Below are positions 39,578 through 52,860 of a stretch of 64,000 nucleotides of DNA, one piece after another. Below the pieces are notes generated by a model. The model searched no databases. It had not been told where the DNA came from and saw only the letters and a list, made by a program, of their open reading frames with translations. Made by a program: the position numbers and the translations under genes. The DNA comes from Octopus bimaculoides (taxonomy: Eukaryota). Positions within the stretch are counted from its first letter, which is position 1; the number at the start of each line of letters is the position of its first letter. The stretch lies in the NCBI RefSeq assembly GCF_001194135.2, contig NC_068986.1:72846383-72910382 (forward strand). The letters are read 5' to 3'.

Positions 39578-40935
39578 GAGTGGAAGATAGTCCTTATTTT
39601 GAGATCCAGTCTTCTCCAGAACAACACTGCAGTTTCACCTCCCATCCCTGGTTGACATGGAAATAAATAGATCTTGTATCCAGCAAAAACGAGCATGAAC
39701 ACTTGTCAGTGGGAAGTCTGGTTTCACTGATGGCCACTAGATCAACACTGAGTGACCTGAGATCACCGAGTAGATTATCCTGTTACCAAGGTGACCCCCA
39801 GACCACGTGCATTTATATTGCCTATCGTAAGCAAGGCCATGTTAAATCACAGTATAGAAACGGAAAAGGTTACTTACAGTGATTTTAATGGTGAGGTGGA
39901 GATAGTCGTTTGGTCGCCGTGGTTATTTGTGGATGTTTCCACAAGCAGATCATTGTATAGTCTTTTGTCTATGTCTTTCCTGAAGGCTCCTACTACTTCA
40001 GGATATTTCGTTTTTTTTTTTGTGTTGTATTTTTTTGTGATGTTAGGACAAATTTTGTTCATGGGAGTGTGTTGTTTGTTTGTATGATGAAATCAGTGTT
40101 TGTGATGTCTGTATGGTTGTATATGTGTGCCATTAGTTCTCTATTGTTTGTATTTATTGCTGTGTAGTTGATGATTGTGTGTTGCAGGTGTTGGGATGTG
40201 TGAGCTGCAAGTTCTGTATGTGAATTGAGTTGTGCTTGTGGTGATGGTACTGATGGGAATGTTGTTGTTGATGGTGCTGGTGTAGCTGCATTTGGTGGTG
40301 TCTGTGTGTTTGTTTTGAAATGTGTCTTCTCAGTCATCATACCAGCTAGATTTCTGTATTTTAGTTGCTGTATTTTTGTTTTTCTTTTTCTTTTTGACCT
40401 GGCAACTTGTTATTTAGGCTCTTCTTCCTCTCATGTCTCAGGACATATCTGAGTGTTCGGAATAGGGAAAAGGCAAATCTTGTAGGGCTTTTTGCTTGTG
40501 TTCTCTTGGTAAAGTTGTAGTTGTTTTGAGGTGTTCTGATGCTGTTGTTTTTGTTGGTGTCTGGTATGGAAGCCAAAGATGTTGGTGAGTTGTTTGTTTT
40601 GTTCATTGCTGTTGTTTCCACTTTTATTGTTGTTGTTGCTGCTGTTGTTTTTGCAACTCTAGTGGTCACCTGCCTCTGCTGGTGTTGTTGCAGTTGCTTT
40701 TATTGCTGTTGTTGTTGTCATGTTTGAAGGGTCTGCAGCAGCATGGTTTTGTCTTTCGTTTGCCTGGGGCAAAAAGCCTTTAAATGGTTTGTTTCACTAC
40801 AAATGTGATGACACCTCAGTTTTCTGCCCTCTACTGCTACAAACAGTTTTGTTCCTCCAGGGATCACAATTAGATCTGGAATCTCTTGTGCAGTTGCAAA
40901 ATTTGAATACAACAAGTGTTCCATCCCTGTGCTAT
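39578..40935 (-). mobile_element. L1/Tx1-like LINE fragment: ORF1 zinc knuckle and low-complexity tail, plus start of ORF2 endonuclease
   Basis: VEGRKLRCHHICSETNHLKAFCP (CCHC-like). ORF2 start MALLTIGNINARGLG near 39845 and DLVAISETRL near 39745 match APE motifs I and II. Confidence 0.8.
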
Positions 40936-41029
40936 GCCAATTTTCTTTTTTAAATGAGTGTATTTTTAGAATTTAATTCTGTCTTCTATGCCGCAAAACA
41001 CAGCCACTGCTAGCAAGATGTCCACTTCT

Positions 41030-41385
41030 GGCGATGAAATGCAAAAGTGACCTCAGCAGAATTTGAACTCAGAATGTAGTGAAGGGCAAAATACTGCTAA
41101 GCATTTTGTCCAGCATGCTAATGATTCTGCCAGCTCGCAGCCTTAATAATAATTATAATAATACAAATTTTGCCTCAAGGGCAGCAATTTTGGGGGAGGA
41201 ATTGAGTTGATTACATTGATCCCAGTGTTCAACTAGTGCTTATTTTATTTAACCCAAATGGATGAAAAGAAAAGTTGGCCTTGTCAGAATTTGAACCCAG
41301 GATGGAGCAACAGATGAAATACTGCTAAGCATTTTGTCCAGTATGCTACTGATTCTGGCAGACCACTGCCATCCATAATAATAAT
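41030..41385 (-). mobile_element. Two tandem copies of the third SINE family
   Basis: Same motifs as 39020-39577. Confidence 0.75.
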
Positions 41386-41700
41386 AAGAGCACTCAAAAA
41401 GCGCAAACCTCTGCCAAGGCAGCACCAGCGCCCTCTCAACAATTAGCTCGAGATGATTTTTAAAATGAGAATATCAGAAATAAACTTGACTGCTAAAAAT
41501 TAGTAAAAAACAGGAAAAATAATCCAGAATCCTTGTCTGGTACCAGATTGATCCCAAAATCTAATCAGTTCGTGCCAGTCACGAGGCCAAACATCCCTGC
41601 AAGTTCCATCCGAATCCATCCAGCAATTTTTGAGATACTTTGTCCATGGACAAACAAACATGACTGAACACAATACCTCTGCCTTAGCAATGGTGTAACA
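41386..41700 (+). mobile_element. Helentron-associated (HINE/DINE-like) non-autonomous element
   Basis: ACCTCTGCCAAGGC at 41407 and ACCTCTGCCTTAGC at 41675 form a sub-terminal motif pair; the 3' hairpin is decayed. Confidence 0.5.
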
Positions 41701-41981
41701 AATAAATATTATTATGATTTCCTCTAGATTCTAATCATAAACAGTTTAGAAAGCTATAGAGTATTTTCACTTATTAATTGAAATACACGATATATATATA
41801 TATGGAAGACTATAAGCAGATGTTCCCATGACAATATAAAACAGAGATTTACATAACTTCTAATCTTTCCATTCTGGCAGAAGATAAGTTGTATTTCAGA
41901 TTTGTACTGACCTTATATTTACCTCATAAAACAATTGGTAACATCTACATTTACTAACATTTGGAACCCTTATTAAATATA

Positions 41982-43226
41982 TTGGGTCATCCTATAAACA
42001 ATGCAGTTCTTTTTATACTTCTTTTATTTTTCAAAATTAAGATAAACAAAGTTCTTTTGTAATAAAAAATATACTTTCTTTCCTTTTCAACAATGCTCTT
42101 CCATCTATCTGGTACTCTTGCAAGGCCCCTCTTCCAAAATTCACTTGTCCATGATAAAAAATACACCTCCAGTACTGTTCTGACCTTGTCTACAGTATTC
42201 ATATTTTTTTTCCGTCCAAATGATTTTGAAGACTGCAAAACAAATGATGAGGTACTGTCCAGTGAATATGGTGGGTGGAGCATTGTTTCACATTCAAACT
42301 GCCTCAGCCTTTGGAATGTCATCCTCGCTGTATGTGGCTGAGCATTATCCTGATGGAAGAACACCTTTTGTCTTGAAACCAAAGATGATCGTTTTCCTCC
42401 TAGCGTTAATATAAGCCGCTCAAGCTACTCGCAGTATATCTCCTTTGTTATTGTTTGGTTTGCATTTAAAAGTTCAAAGTGGACTAAACCTTTCATATCT
42501 CACCTTACATGGGTTAAGACCTTCTTTAGGCTGGGGAGCTGTTGTTTCTCCTTTCCCTACCCACTGTCTTTGGTGCCTCACATGTTTATAGAGAACCCAT
42601 TTCTTGTTACCAGTCACTATTTCGTCCAAAAATGGTTCATTTGTGATATGTGACAGCAAAGAAGAGCACACATTCACTCCCTGTGCGCGATTAAACTCGG
42701 AAAGTTTAAGAGGAACCCACTGACCCAATTTGCTGACTTTTCCAATGGCAAGCAGGTGTCGAATGGTTGAATGACCAAATCCAAGTTTCTCTGCTAGTTC
42801 CTCAACAGTTATGATGAGATTTTGTTCCACCAGAGTTTGCAGGACGTCCTCGTCGAGTTCTACAGATCTTCCAGGACAAGGCTCATCTTCTAGGCTGTAG
42901 TTTCTGGAACCACCATTGACACTGGCTTATGCTTGTTGTCGGATCCCCATATACTGCATAAATATTCCTCGCACTTTCCATTGTGCTGTTGCTTTTATTA
43001 AACTCAAAACAAAATATGCCGAATATGCTTCTTTGTCACTTCCATTATAGCTTTGAAAAAATAACTTAAAATCGAACTGCATCTTCAAAACTTGCACTAA
43101 GAATAAGCACAAGGTAAAATTACTACCTGCTTTTATAGCAAGTTGATGGAGATAGTTTATCCTATCCCTCCTCCAACTTGTAGTTCATGCAATTGAAAAA
43201 GCCGCATTATTGATGGGATGATTCAA
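41982..43226 (-). mobile_element. Near full-length mariner (DD34D-type) transposon, inactive
   Basis: TIRs TTGGGTCATCCTATAAACAATGC / GCATTATTGATGGGATGATTCAA flanked by TA. Motifs KLGQWVPLKL, EIVTGNKKWV and HQDNAQPH...HPPYSLD, with frameshifts. Confidence 0.9.
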
Positions 43227-44288
43227 TATTTCATTTCCTCTGAGTATATACATGCTTAATACTTTAATGCTTTCACACAATGCATTTTCCATTAGGAGAG
43301 TAAAGACAGTTCCATCAATATGGTAGTGAATAAAGCAGTTTTGAAATTTGACTTTTATCTATCATCTGTAGAGAATTGTGTCCACTTTCACCTTCTAATT
43401 TAGCCATTACTAAGTAAGTAATACAAGTGGAATAATATACTACTGTAAACATTAACTCTACAACTGCAACACTGATGATGGATTAGTTAGTTTACAGTGC
43501 TGAGTTCAATTCTTCCAGCAGTTAGCAGTGAAAGACTTCCAGAAGAAGTGGTATGGAACCTGAAAGAAAGAACCAACCCAATGAACCAGTGAAGTCTGAC
43601 GAAATAAGTATTTGCATTAGAGTATAGCAAATGTTTGGTTGATAAGCTTTTAAATTAGAACTGAAAAAGTATTTTATAGCTGAATGCAACCATTTCCTCA
43701 TTTATCATTAAGAAAATTCGCCCACAACAGCATAAAATAAAAACAGGCGCTTGTATGTGCTCATCAAAATTTATTCATAACATATTGTTGAAAACTTTTT
43801 CATGCTTCAAGCAGTATTCTTGCAATTTAGATGTGTTAACATTGTTTCTGTTCATCAAATGAACCAATGTGTTTAAGCTTCAAAGCAAAAGGTAGTAAAT
43901 TGAATCATAATTTTATCCTTTCATTTCTGCAAGCAACTTTAAGTCAAATGACCAGCAGGTTTCCATATTCAACTACAGTCAAATAAAATATCATTATTTA
44001 TTATTATGTTCATCAAGCTATCAGAAACTGCAGAATGGTTCTTATTGTTAATTACACAGCTGCTCCACTGACTATTCATCAGACCCATATGGTACTGAAA
44101 GTGGTTAAACCTTACCCTTTTTCGTATTGATCTCACATCTTTGGTTACCAGCAAACATTATATAAAAATCTCAAACAAACTGATTTAAGAAAATATTTTC
44201 AACGATTCCCTGCTCCTCCATTCTTTTCTTTTTTTTTTGTTTTTTATTCACGACCTACCAAACATCTTCCTTTTCCTTTTTGAATTGT

Positions 44289-44607
44289 TTATGTAGACTG
44301 AGTAGAATCTTGGTTATTGCTTTCATTAACGTTACTTAAGTCTTCAATATCTGGTGCTAGATCTTCACTATTCACCGGACTAATATCTGAAGAATCTGCA
44401 CTTGATTGTCCAGATGCTGCAACTGGATTGATCTGTTCTTTTATATCACTTTTGATTTCGTCTGCTGCAGTATTTATACAAGACTGAGATGATTTTGCAA
44501 CCGACAGCTCTACATGGCTATTATTATTATTTGTATTGCTACTTTCTTCTGATAACTGCCAAGATGGGAGAGTTGCTGTAATGTTCGGTATTGGCGTAAA
44601 TTGCTTC
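44289..44607 (-). CDS. PEX14: Peroxisomal membrane protein PEX14, last coding exon
   Basis: Acceptor TTCTATTTCAG, phase 2. RKQFTPIPNITATLPSWQ...SSDISPVNSE matches the PEX14 RRQFP...IPSWQ...SSDISPV segment. Stop TAA at 44291-44289. Confidence 0.88.
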
Positions 44608-47039
44608 CTGAAATAGAAAAAAAAAACAGTCACCAAAAAATTCATTTAAACTAAAAGAAATGTAAGCACTTGTTAAGTAATTCTAAGAAACATTTAAAAG
44701 AGTAATTAACTGAAAATTGAAGGTTACATAATTTTGTGAAGCTATGAAGTATAATGTTGATGTATTTGATAGGTTTTATCATCAACATTGTATATGTGCT
44801 AAAGATGTGCATCTAAGTATGAAAGATTTTGGTGCTGCTGCCAACACTATCACCATCATCATTTGACATCTGCTTTCCATGATGACATGGGTTGGACAGG
44901 GCATCAGGGTCTAAGTCAGTTCTTATTCAGAATTATTACCTTCCAAGAAGGGTTTGAAAACTAAATCTCACTTTTTCTGGTATAATTACTATGGCTAGAT
45001 GTTCTTTCTATTGCCAACTGCTGTACAGAATGCACTAAATGCATTTTTGTCATGGTACCAGCATTAGAGAGACTGTTATATCCTTGGCAAGATTCAAGAG
45101 ACCTCTTGGCTCTACAAAGACCTCATTCACAAACTGCTTTACAGGATGTAGTAGGTGCATTTTATTGACACACCAGCACTAGCTAGGGTGCCTTATAGCC
45201 CACAAGACAAAGAAATCTCTCACTACTATATGTTGTCTCTATTTGTTAAAGGCAGCAAGGTTAAGAGGATGAGCAGAAGAGACAGTAATGCTAGAATAAC
45301 CACAGAGAAAGATTGGAAAAGAGAGTAGAGTAATGGGAGAGAAAGAGAGAGAGAATGATGGCAGGAGTAATAGAAGAAAGACAGTGATGGCAGCAGCATG
45401 TTTGTTGATAAGAGACAGAGAATGTGATGAGTAGACATTGTAAGAGTGATGGCTAGCAGGACAAAAGGATAATGGTATGTGTATCAAATATAACCAGATC
45501 AGAAGCAGTCTTCTGTTACAAGAGCCACTTAGTATCTGATGAGGTTTCAAAAAGGGAGACTAAAGATGGAGACTTAAGACTATTATGGACAAGATCATCT
45601 TCATCACTATCACCATTTTAATGTTTGCTTTGCCATACTTACACAGGTGAGAAAGTCTTCACCAACATTATGTTTTGTCAATTGTTGAAGAGATGTATCA
45701 CCACCTGCTTTTCCATACTGGAATGGATTGGACAAGATGTTCTGAGGCAATATTTTACAATTAAATGCCTCTTTTAGTGCCACCTCTTTTAGTTACAACT
45801 TAGGATATGCAGGAATATAGTGTACATATTCTAAAAACTAAAGTATACATGGGAGCTCTAGCATTCATGTATTTACACTTGGAATTTATTATTTATATAT
45901 TACTATTTATAATGATACAGACTGAGAAGGTTATAAAAGCTGAGTGGCATTCTTCTATCCACTCGTAATTTTGTCTATAAAATAATTATTGAGACAGAGA
46001 GAGAGAGACAAACAAGAGCTATAAACAGTATAGAAGGCTAGAAGTAGTTATTTCACCATTTTAAGGTAGGATATTATGACTTCATTAATTCATTTATGTT
46101 GATATGTGATTGTATTTCCAAGCCATTTTATTTATAGAGATTATCGTTAATTTTATGGGACATGATCAACAGACAATAAACTTGCTGTTCCCGCTTTCAT
46201 GTATACTTACTTTCAACATATTTACAAATTACTATTTATAACAATTTAGACAGACAAAGAGGATCACAAACACTTAGTAGCAGTGCCTACACTCCTTCGT
46301 CCACGATAAATTTCCTCTTGGCTCACTTGACAACTAAACTATGCAGGGACACCACAGCAAAGCTCTCATTCTCAAATGGCCTCTTTTCTCTTCTCTCTCA
46401 TATTCTTGCCATATCCTTCTAGTAACCTATCCTCTCTTTGTCTCTCCACTTATCTCTATCTTCTTGACTTTCTCACACATCCTACAGAAGTACACAAGGA
46501 CACTAGTGCAGCACTAGTGATGGCGACGTTATGCCTCAATTCATCTTCCAATTCAGCCTCAGACTCAACACAAAGGCCAACATCAAGTGCCTGGAGGAGA
46601 TAGTGCTGCCCTGGGTCAAGAGGGTGGCTGCTGGAACACCCTATGTCTGGCAACAGGACTCTGCACCATGCTACACAAGCAGGAGAACCCAGACACGGCT
46701 GTCAGACAATTTCTGCAACCACATCACCCCTAACATCTGGTCACCTAACTCCCCAGACTGCAACCCCCTTGATTATTATGTGTGGGGCGCAGTTGAATGA
46801 GAGGCCAACAAAACTCCTTGTAACACCAAAGATGAACTGAAGGCAAGGATTATGGCAGCATTCACCAACTTAAACAAAGAGACCATCCAGAAGAGTTGTA
46901 GGAGGTTCCAAAGTCATCTGGAGGCCATGGTTGAAGACAATGGTGATTTTATTGAATAAACTTACTCTTTAGTATTTCAAGATATTTTTATGTAATTTTG
47001 ATACATATATCTGTTAAAATGAGATGTCAGTGTTATTTT

Positions 47040-47175
47040 CATTATTTACATTTGATGGATATTTGTCCTCATCTTGTTTGCTGTTAACACATTTCAGCTG
47101 ATATACCCTCCAGCCTTCATCGGGTGTCTTGGGGAAATTTCGAACCTGGGTTCTCATTTCTAAGGTATTTTTCGA

Positions 47176-47225
<50 letters not shown>

Positions 47226-47556
47226 TCACTGCCTGGAATCAAACTTGGACTCTAAGAGTTAGTAGCCTGCGCTCTTAACCACTACACCATATGCTCTATG
47301 CCTGTGGGTGTAGTGGTTAAGAGCGCGGGCTACTAACTCCAAGATTCCGAGTTCGATTCCAGGCAGTGACCTGAACAACAGCAACAACAACAAGTACCTT
47401 AGGAATGAGAACCCAGGTTCGAAATTTCCCCAAGACACCTGATGAAGGCTGGAGGGTATATCAGCCGAAACGTTATGTTAACAACAAACAAGATGAAGAC
47501 AAATATCTGTCAAATGTAAATAATGTACATAATTCCTCATCTCTTAAATATAGAAA
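47040..47556. mobile_element. Palindromic insertion: two head-to-head tRNA-head/hammerhead-tail units
   Basis: Arms ~47040-47289 and ~47306-47525 are reverse complements apart from scattered substitutions and (AAT)n versus (AAC)n. Flanking duplication TGTTATTTTCATT at 47031-47043 and 47561-47573. Confidence 0.9.
47434..47479 (+). ncRNA. Type I minimal hammerhead ribozyme motif
   Basis: CTGATGA (47439-45), A, GGCTG/CAGCC stem II, GAAA, C-G-T-T; stem I GACAC/ATGTT pairs 4 of 5. Confidence 0.7.
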
Positions 47557-47689
47557 TGAATGTTATTTTCATTTTGTGTAATTTAAACAACAGTTTATTC
47601 ACCGCACCATGCATGCATACATACATACATACATACTCTGTGTTAAATGAAAAAATGGTGACAAGCAAAAATTCTGTAAATAATAATAA

Positions 47690-47890
47690 AAATAATTATA
47701 AGCTTTAAGTTTATAAGCATTAACCATGTACTGGCCAAAAAAAAAAAGTCTAATATTGGAGCATATAAGCCCTTGATGGAAAAAAATTGGGTATTAGTTT
47801 TTTTCCATCAAGGGCTTATATGCCCCAATATTAAACTTATTTTCTTTAGCCAATACACAGTGAACCCTTCAAAGCTTAAAATCATTATTA
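47690..47890. repeat. Foldback/palindromic element
   Basis: AATATTGGAGCATATAAGCCCTTGATGGAAAAAAA pairs with TTTTTTTCCATCAAGGGCTTATATGCCCCAATATT around an 11-nt spacer; outer arms pair imperfectly. Confidence 0.85.
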
Positions 47891-48225
47891 TTATTTATAG
47901 GATTCCTTGACAACACTGTAATCTTCATTTAACTAAGGTATCTTTGGCCTGATGAGTAGCTGGTGGAGTACTTCTCATTTACTTCCATGATTCTGCTAGC
48001 TAGGAAACATATGCAACCTGGATTTTACCTGCTCCATTCCCTAAATTTGGACTTTTATTCACGTACACAGCAACCCCAGCTGCTAACAGTGAACTATAAA
48101 TAATTCTTTTCAGCCTATCAAACTCTGATATGGGTAAAACTTTACAACCTTCTACGACAATAAACCATTGTTCCTGAACTTTGTTTTTTATACCTTCTAC
48201 GTACTGCTTGAAGCTTACTAACTTC

Positions 48226-48267
<42 letters not shown>

Positions 48268-48704
48268 TATTACCTATGAGGTTTTTATTTCCATGCTAGC
48301 CACTTGATATGATCGGTATTTTAAATAACGATCTTATCCTTATTTATTTANNNNNNNNNNNNNNNNNNNNNNNNNNNNNNNNNNNNNNNNNNNNNNNNNN
48401 NNNNNNNNNNNNNNNNNNNNNNNNNNNNNNNNNNNNNNNNNNNNNNNNNNNNNNNNNNNNNNNNNNNNNNNNNNNNNNNNNNNNNNNNNNNNNNNNNNNN
48501 NNNNNNNNNNNNNNNNNNNNNNNNNNNNNNNNNNNNNNNNNNNNNNNNNNNNNNNNNNNNNNNNNNNNNNNNNNNNNNNNNNNNNNNNNNNNNNNNNNNN
48601 NNNNNNNNNNNNNNNNNNNNNNNNNNNNNNNNNNNNNNNNNNNNNNNNNNNNNNNNNNNNNNNNNNNNNNNNNNNNNNNNNNNNNNNNNNNNNNNNNNNN
48701 NNNN

Positions 48705-48747
<43 letters not shown>

Positions 48748-50805
48748 ATATATATGGAGTGTATGTGTATTTCCAGTACATTTTTCTGGTAGTTGTTGCA
48801 TGTAACAAAGTCTATTGAAATAACTTATTGTTAAAGACAGCCAAATATATGTTCAAACACTAGGTACAATACTTGTATATTGAGCTCTTGATAATCATTG
48901 ATAAGAAGCAATCACAAATGCACCAATATATTACAAAAGCATTAGATTACAAAACCTCACAATAACTAAAATATCAACCACAAAACAAACAGAAAACTTG
49001 ATAAATTGATATACCTAAAGGTTTGTCACAATATCATGACATACTTTAGTAAAATATACAATGTTTTTCCATTTGAAGTATTTCATTCATTTCCAAAGGT
49101 ACAAACTAGATTTACTTAGATACTGCAGAGTAAGCCATAAATGTAAAAGCCTTCAATCAAAGGAAATAAAAAGCTACCATAATAGAAACAGAATTTCTAT
49201 TGTTAAAAACAAACAAGCAAGAAATATATACTACAAATATATCTACATTACATTGCAATCATACCAAAGATTTCCTGCAAGGAATTTATAGCTTAGAATG
49301 TATTTTTAGCAAATCATTGTAGTCAAATGTTATCGTTTGTATAAGTAAACTAATAAACATACAGGGATGTTGGCATAGCTGATTGGTTATATAATCTTTC
49401 ATTTGGTTCAGTCATTTGACTATGTGCTGAAGCACAAAACTCGACAAGTTTAGTTACTTGTGTCATGCCTGGTTTTTATTGTTAAGTCTGAGACTTATTA
49501 TATTGATTGTATTTGTCAAACTGTTAAGTTACAGGACATAAATGAAAAGCATCAATTCCATCACAATGTGAGAACAGTGCCTGCTTAAAGGAAGTGGATT
49601 AGGCCGACAGAAACTGAATGAGAATTACTGCTCTATTCTTTAGAGTGTGCTTCTTTTTTAATATATGTTTTATTGCCTATATATATATACATACATATAT
49701 ATATATATATATATANNNNNNNNNNNNNNNNNNNNNNNNNNNNNNNNNNNNNNNNNNNNNNNNNNNNNNNNNNNNNNNNNNNNNNNNNNNNNNNNNNNNN
49801 NNNNNNNNNNNNNNNNNNNNNNNNNNNNNNNNNNNNNNNNNNNNNNNNNNNNNNNNNNNNNNNNNNNNNNNNNNNNNNNNNNNNNNNNNNNNNNNNNNNN
49901 NNNNNNNNNNNNNNNNNNNNNNNNNNNNNNNNNNNNNNNNNNNNNNNNNNNNNNNNNNNNNNNNNNNNNNNNNNNNNNNNNNNNNNNNNNNNNNNNNNNN
50001 NNNNNNNNNNNNNNNNNNNNNNNNNNNNNNNNNNNNNNNNNNNNNNNNNNNNNNNNNNNNNNNNNNNNNNNNNNNNNNNNNNNNNNNNNNNNNNNNNNNN
50101 NNNNNNNNNNNNNNNNNNNNNNNNNNNNNNNNNNNNNNNNNNNNNNNNNNNNNNNNNNNNNNNNNNNNNNNNNNNNNNNNNNNNNNNNNNNNNNNNNNNN
50201 NNNNNNNNNNNNNNNNNNNNNNNNNNNNNNNNNTAACAATCATGTTCGAATGGTGCTTTTTACGTGTCACCAGCATGGAAGCCAATCAGCTGCTCTGGCA
50301 GCGATCACGCTCAGATGGTGCTCTTAGCGCTCCACTGGCACGGGTCATCAAATTTGCAAATTTGATTTGATTTCGATTTCACTTGCCTCAATAGGTCTTC
50401 GCAAGAAGAGTTTAGTGTCTATTGAAGGAAAGGTGACTGTTTTCCATGCAGGCAAGGGTTGGACTGTTTGATAGGAGCTAGCAAACCAGAAAAACTGCAT
50501 CAGGCTTCACTGTTTGTTTGGGCATGGTTTTAATGGCTAGATGCCACCCACTTTACAGAATGGTCTCACACACACACACATTTATATATATTATTTATCA
50601 TTATATATATATATATTGGCTCTTGTGCGGGTGGCACATAAAATACACCATTTTGAGCGTGGCCGTTGCCAGTACCGCCTGACTGGTCTTCGTAGGATTT
50701 TCGAGCGAGACCGTTGCCAGTGCCCCTGGACTGGCTCCTGTGCGGGTGGCGCATAAAATACACCCTTTTGAGCGTGGCCGTTGCCAGTACCGCCTNNNNN
50801 NNNNN

Positions 50806-50851
<46 letters not shown>

Positions 50852-52104
50852 GGGGAGGGAGTTGTAAGTGTGTTTGCATGTGTAGATATGTATGCAAGTT
50901 TGATAGCTAGATCAGCATCATCATCAATGTTTTTATGTCTACATTTTATGTCTATATTTTGGTAAATATAGCTGTTGAAATGAGATGTTAGTGTTATTTT
51001 CATTTTTGCATAATTTTGATGACAGTTTATTCACCCTGCCTTGTATATATGACGAGCTTCTTTTAGGTTGTATCTCAATCCACTCACAAGGCTTTGGTCA
51101 ACCAGGAGCTATAGTACAAGACACTTGTCTAAGGTGCCACACAGTGAGACGACTTGAACCGGAAACAGTGCGGTTGGGAAGCAAACTTTTCAAACCACAC
51201 ACACACAAACAAATACACACACATGCATGAATATACATATAAATACATAAAATCGCCATATGTGTATCATGCAAAAATGTACACACACCATTAGAAGGCA
51301 TGATGCTGTGGAATTATCTGAGATAAAATCTTTTCAAAGATTTGTTGCATTAAAAATGATATATGTATATAGATATGAGAGAGAGAGACAAACATCATTG
51401 CTGCAGTGACTCATGAGAACAACAGATGAGTCTTGCCTTTCTGAAGGCTTGTCAACGCCATGCACTTGATTGTAACTTGTTTAAATGAAATTTGTGCCTC
51501 AATATATTAGAAGCAGTGAATATAACATACACTGGTATTGCTGAAAATTGCTGGGCTATAGAAAAACTCAGTGAACATAATTGAGATAGCAATGAAAATC
51601 ACCATCTGTGGATTATATATATATATATATCATCATCATCATCGTTTAACGTCCGTTTTCCATGCTGGCATGGGTTGGACGGTTTGACTGAGGCCTGGAG
51701 AGCCAGCAGCTGCACCATCAAGAGTAATGTCCCTTGAAGTAATGACCGTTGGTATTTGTTATTTACTCAACTTTGCCTTTCATCCTTTTGGGGTCGATAA
51801 ATTAAGTACCAGTTACGCACTGGGTCGATGTAATCGACTTAATCCCTTTGTCTGTCCTTGTTTGTCCCCTCTATGTTTAGCCCCTTGTGGGCAATAAAGA
51901 AATATGAGGTGTTTCCATCCCTTAGCAGCAGCATTACTCATTATGTGGAAAATTTGAAGTCTATGACCATTTCTAGAACAAAGTGATGTATGTTCCCAGT
52001 GTGAACAAAATCGGATGAAAAATATTGATTTTAAGGGGGATCAAGAAAAAGGCCTGTACACACACACACATCTTGTTTTATTATGTATACTCTTTTTTTT
52101 AACT

Positions 52105-52299
52105 CTTTTACTTGTTTCAGTCATTTGACTGTGGCCATGCTGGAGCACCGCCTTTAGTCGAGCAAATCGACCCCAGGACTTTGGAAGCCTAGTACTTATT
52201 CTGTCGGTCTCTTTTGCCGAACCGCTAAGTTACAGGGACGTAAACACACCACCATCGGTTGTCAAGCGATGTTGTGGGGACAAACACAGACACACAAAC

Positions 52300-52341
<42 letters not shown>

Positions 52342-52500
52342 GACGGGCTTCTTTCAGTTTCCGTCTACCAAATCCAAACACAAAACTTTGGTCGGCCTGA
52401 GGCTATAGTAGAAGACACTTGCCCAAGGTGCCACGCAGTGGGACTGAACCCAGAACCATGTGGTTGGTAAGCAAGCTACTTACCACACAGCCACTCCCGC
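52105..52500 (-). mobile_element. Major-family tRNA SINE
   Basis: Near full-length reverse match to 3291-3697. Confidence 0.9.
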
Positions 52501-52562
52501 GCAAAATATACATATATCTTATATATACACACACACACACACACACACATATGTGTATATAC

Positions 52563-52599
<37 letters not shown>

Positions 52600-52860
52600 A
52601 CCTATGCAGTGGATACATATAAACAGGGCATATCTAACTATTTGTCTGTAGCCTGAAATATGATGAACAGCCTTAATTGATTTATGAAACTTATTGGGTA
52701 CTCAGAGGTGTCTACATCATTCTGACCAATCCAAAAGAAATATACAGCCAATCTGTTTATATACTCAACAAATCAAATAGCTACAGAGAACTGGAGCTAC
52801 TAATTTGCATATCATAAGTGCAACTGTTTATTTAATATTAGTAGCCTGTCAACAGGGATA

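Larger units (their letters stand above)
46520..47610 (+). mobile_element. maT/DD37D Tc1-mariner 3' half, interrupted near its 3' end
   Basis: WQQDSAP...SPDCNPLDYYVWG with 37 residues between the catalytic Asp residues. The tail resumes after 47573 and matches the end fragment near 50960-51045. Confidence 0.85.

Noticed and set aside
47300-47375. tRNA-like sequence
   Set aside because: It has A and B boxes but no convincing acceptor stem or cloverleaf, and it is the head of a repeat; not a tRNA gene.
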